Source: Nitrospirota bacterium (GTDB lineage: Bacteria > Nitrospirota > Nitrospiria > Nitrospirales > Nitrospiraceae). From it: a DNA stretch of 64,000 bases. Position numbers and translations under genes: made by a program. Below are positions 61,807-64,000 of this stretch, in pieces. The notes under the pieces were generated by a model. That model was not told the DNA's origin and did not search any database. It was given only the letters and a program-made list of their open reading frames with translations. Location of the stretch: contig CAVPGK010000013.1 in the NCBI GenBank assembly GCA_963703955.1, positions 32,001 through 96,000 of the forward strand. The letters are read 5' to 3'. Each line of letters opens with the position of its first letter. Within the stretch, counting starts at the first letter, position 1.

Positions 61807-61875
61807 CAGCCTCCGGGCAGCGAATGCGATCGTGATCAGGGGACTATTCCTTTCTCGCTCAGATCGTCGTGTCCA

Positions 61876-62799
61876 TCATCGCTCGGCGATGCGCAGCACA
61901 TGCTTTCCGCGCAAAGCCTTCTGTTCATAGGCCTGCCGGAAATTCTCCATAGAGAAGACCGCTCCCACGATAGCTCGCAGGACACCCTCATGGATAAGAC
62001 GGCCGATGTCGATCAACTGAGCCCGGTTTGGTTCAACGATGAAAAAGGCCTCGCGCACCCGGGGATCGCTGAATCGTTCCGCATCAGCCGCAATGGTCAC
62101 CAGCCGACCGCCTTTGCTGAGAACGCCCCATGAGCGGGCTCTCGTCTCCCCTCCGACAGTATCAAGCACCACATCTACGTCCCGAATGACCGTCTCGAAG
62201 GCGGTCGTCCGATAGTCAATGACTTCGTCCGCACCGAGCGTCTTGACAAAGTCGGCATTCGTCGCTGAAGCCGTGGCGATCACATGAGCGCGCTTGTAGT
62301 GGGCCAACTGCACGGCGAAGCTGCCGACACCACCGGCTGCACCGTGGATCAAGACCCGCTGCCCTTTCGAAAGCTGTGCACGATCGGTGAGGGCCTGCCA
62401 GGCGGTCAGAGCCGAGATCGGGACGACTGCCGCATGAGCGTGGTCAATCGTCGTGGGCTTCGGCGCGATGTTGGCGGGAACGGTTAGACAGTAGTCCGCC
62501 TGAGCACCGTTGATGAACCAATCGCTCAATCCATAGACCGGATCCCCGACCTGGACCCCGGTGCAAGCCGCTCCGATCGCGTCGACCACGCCGGAGAACT
62601 CGTGGCCGAGAATAATGGGAAACGGCCTCGTGCCACCGTCAGGACTATGGAATGTGGGGTGCCACGCGAACTCGGTTGGCGTGATCGCGGTAGCAGAGAC
62701 CCGAACGAGCACCTGATGGTCCGTCGGACGGGGTTTCGGCGCCTCCTCGTAGCGAAGCGATTCCGGTCCACCAACCTGATGCAACTGTATCGCCTTCAT
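61876..62799 (-). CDS. NADP-dependent MDR oxidoreductase (quinone-reductase-like)
   Basis: 'LGHEFSGVV', 'LIHGAAGGVGSFAVQLA'. Confidence 0.92.
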   Translation of the reverse strand: MKAIQLHQVGGPESLRYEEAPKPRPTDHQVLVRVSATAITPTEFAWHPTFHSPDGGTRPFPIILGHEFSGVVDAIGAACTGVQVGDPVYGLSDWFINGAQADYCLTVPANIAPKPTTIDHAHAAVVPISALTAWQALTDRAQLSKGQRVLIHGAAGGVGSFAVQLAHYKRAHVIATASATNADFVKTLGADEVIDYRTTAFETVIRDVDVVLDTVGGETRARSWGVLSKGGRLVTIAADAERFSDPRVREAFFIVEPNRAQLIDIGRLIHEGVLRAIVGAVFSMENFRQAYEQKALRGKHVLRIAER

Positions 62800-62880
62800 A
62801 GCAAAAGCCTCTCTGCCGGCGATCAACATGACTAAAACGACATTGCATGGGAGGAACAACGATTCACGCTGACCAAGGAT

Positions 62881-62910
62881 AGGCTACTGCTGGAGATGTC
62901 GCGAGGTCAA
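62881..62910 (-). promoter_or_regulatory. sigma70-like promoter TTGACC-N18-TAGCCT (repeat family, copy 2)
   Basis: Homologous to 53803-53831; upstream of MDR gene. Confidence 0.5.
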
Positions 62911-62952
62911 CGAGGGGAAATCCGGATCGTGAGCCGGTGAAGGCCACCACCG

Positions 62953-63003
62953 CCGCGCGCGGACGAGGCAATTAGAAAGGTAGAATGTCCTTGTTTTTGG
63001 TCC
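62953..63003. repeat. Dispersed repeat copy 3
   Basis: CCGCGCGCGGACGAG...AGAAAGGTAGAATGTCCTTGTTTTTGGTCC. Confidence 0.7.
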
Positions 63004-63004
63004 A

Positions 63005-63622
63005 TCACTCGTCGAGACTCGGGCGAAGGAGAAACGGTCCGTAGACCACAGCGAACAGCAGATAGGCGCCGCTCCACCCAGCCACAGCCAACCCGAGTAC
63101 GAGATTCGTCGGGAGGCCAGTCGTCGGCCCGATAACCCTCAGGAGCGCACCGAGAGTGACCAGCAGACTGATCAGCCCTCCCATCGGCGCATGGAGCCAG
63201 CTCTTTCCTGCTGCAATTTCTCGCCAGACGACCCCCGCCACCGCGACAAGAAAAGACGCGTCCACGATGGCAGACACGAGAGGCGTGAGCCGCGGGATGG
63301 CGATGAGCACGCGTCCGGCCATCCACAAGGTAAAAAGCAGCATCAGCTCATGTCCTCTGATCGGCGGACGATCGGTCCAGTTGGGAATCGCCGTGAGCAG
63401 GAAGCCAGTGATCACCGCGGGCAGAAATCCGAAGACCATCTCATGCACGTGCCAATCCCGCGCCGGGTAGAGAAATTCCAAGTCGCCGACTCCAGCAAGA
63501 GCGAGAACCCAGGCAGGGAGCGCCACGCCGGCAAACACCGCCGCACCGAGAAAGAACGGTCGAAATCCATACGAAAAGACCGCTGGTCCCTGGTAGCCAG
63601 TCTCGCTCGTGGCGTTGGTCAT
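63005..63622 (-). pseudogene. nnrS: NnrS family protein with large in-frame internal deletion
   Basis: 'FSYGFRPFFL', 'WHVHEMVFGF', 'GFLLTAIPNWT' and C-terminal 'GWSGAYLLF..YGPFL', but only 205 aa versus roughly 400 aa for the family. Confidence 0.8.
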
Positions 63623-64000
63623 ACGATCGTCAGTCCTCAGTCATTGTGCGGAATGCCATCCTTGTCTCACCTCTGGCTTCCTGAGTCTTTCCGACTCTAT
63701 TCCATGTTCTCTGTACAGAGTCAATTCCTTGTCTTCAACCTGGCACAATCTCGTGATGCCTTCTCTCTCCGATCAGTATCAGCGCTTCTTGTCCGTATAG
63801 CTTGTCCCTCAGGGCCAGTTCGCCCGTCTGCGATCGGCACAAAGCAAGAGACGAGCACTAATGCTGCTGACGGCTGGCGCGCCCGAGGCCCCGGCAATGG
63901 AATCTGACACGCGCCTTGGATTCTGATACACAGTAGGGTATGCTGGCAATGTGAAGGTCAGCCAGGTGCTGGAACGGTTACGGGAGGACAGCTGGTACCT

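Noticed and set aside
25000..64000. Prophage, IS or integrative element
   Set aside because: No integrase, transposase, phage structural gene or tRNA attachment site recognised
63623..64000. Possible gene at the right edge
   Set aside because: Short fragment with no recognisable motif; cannot be supported within this window

Overview
Bacterial chromosomal window, most likely Nitrospira/Nitrospirota (inferred from the FGE-sulfatase-family 'GKDGAPM' protein, single-domain PilZ, CPRC zinc-ribbon and other small proteins typical of the genus). Three parts: (1) 1-18 kb, a minus-strand Wzx/Wzy exopolysaccharide/capsule locus (OM beta-barrel, Wza, Wzc, ligase-TPR, two SAM methyltransferases, flippase, polymerase, four glycosyltransferases) with an ArsC/LMW-phosphatase-fold gene upstream. 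(2) 18-25 kb, small regulatory and hypothetical genes (beta-propeller, FecR, PilZ, RRM protein with a long structured leader). (3) 25-64 kb, a patchwork accessory region. It holds a YciI/DGPF-VOC-SRPBCC-DUF899-BNR-ubiquitin-like gene run preceded by several TGTCGA-N16-CGAC (ECF42-type) promoters, with an ECF42-type sigma factor 16 kb away; a translationally coupled secreted-protein/TIR-TPR/membrane-protein operon; a BrnT/BrnA pair in an integron-type cassette (GTTAGAC...GTCTAAC, attC-like site, no integrase in the window); duplicated promoter modules; a four-lipoprotein operon; and many genes broken by internal deletions, nonsense codons or single-base indels (some may be sequencing errors). 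No rRNA, tRNA, CRISPR array or intact transposase/integrase was recognised. All calls come from reading the sequence; no searches were run.
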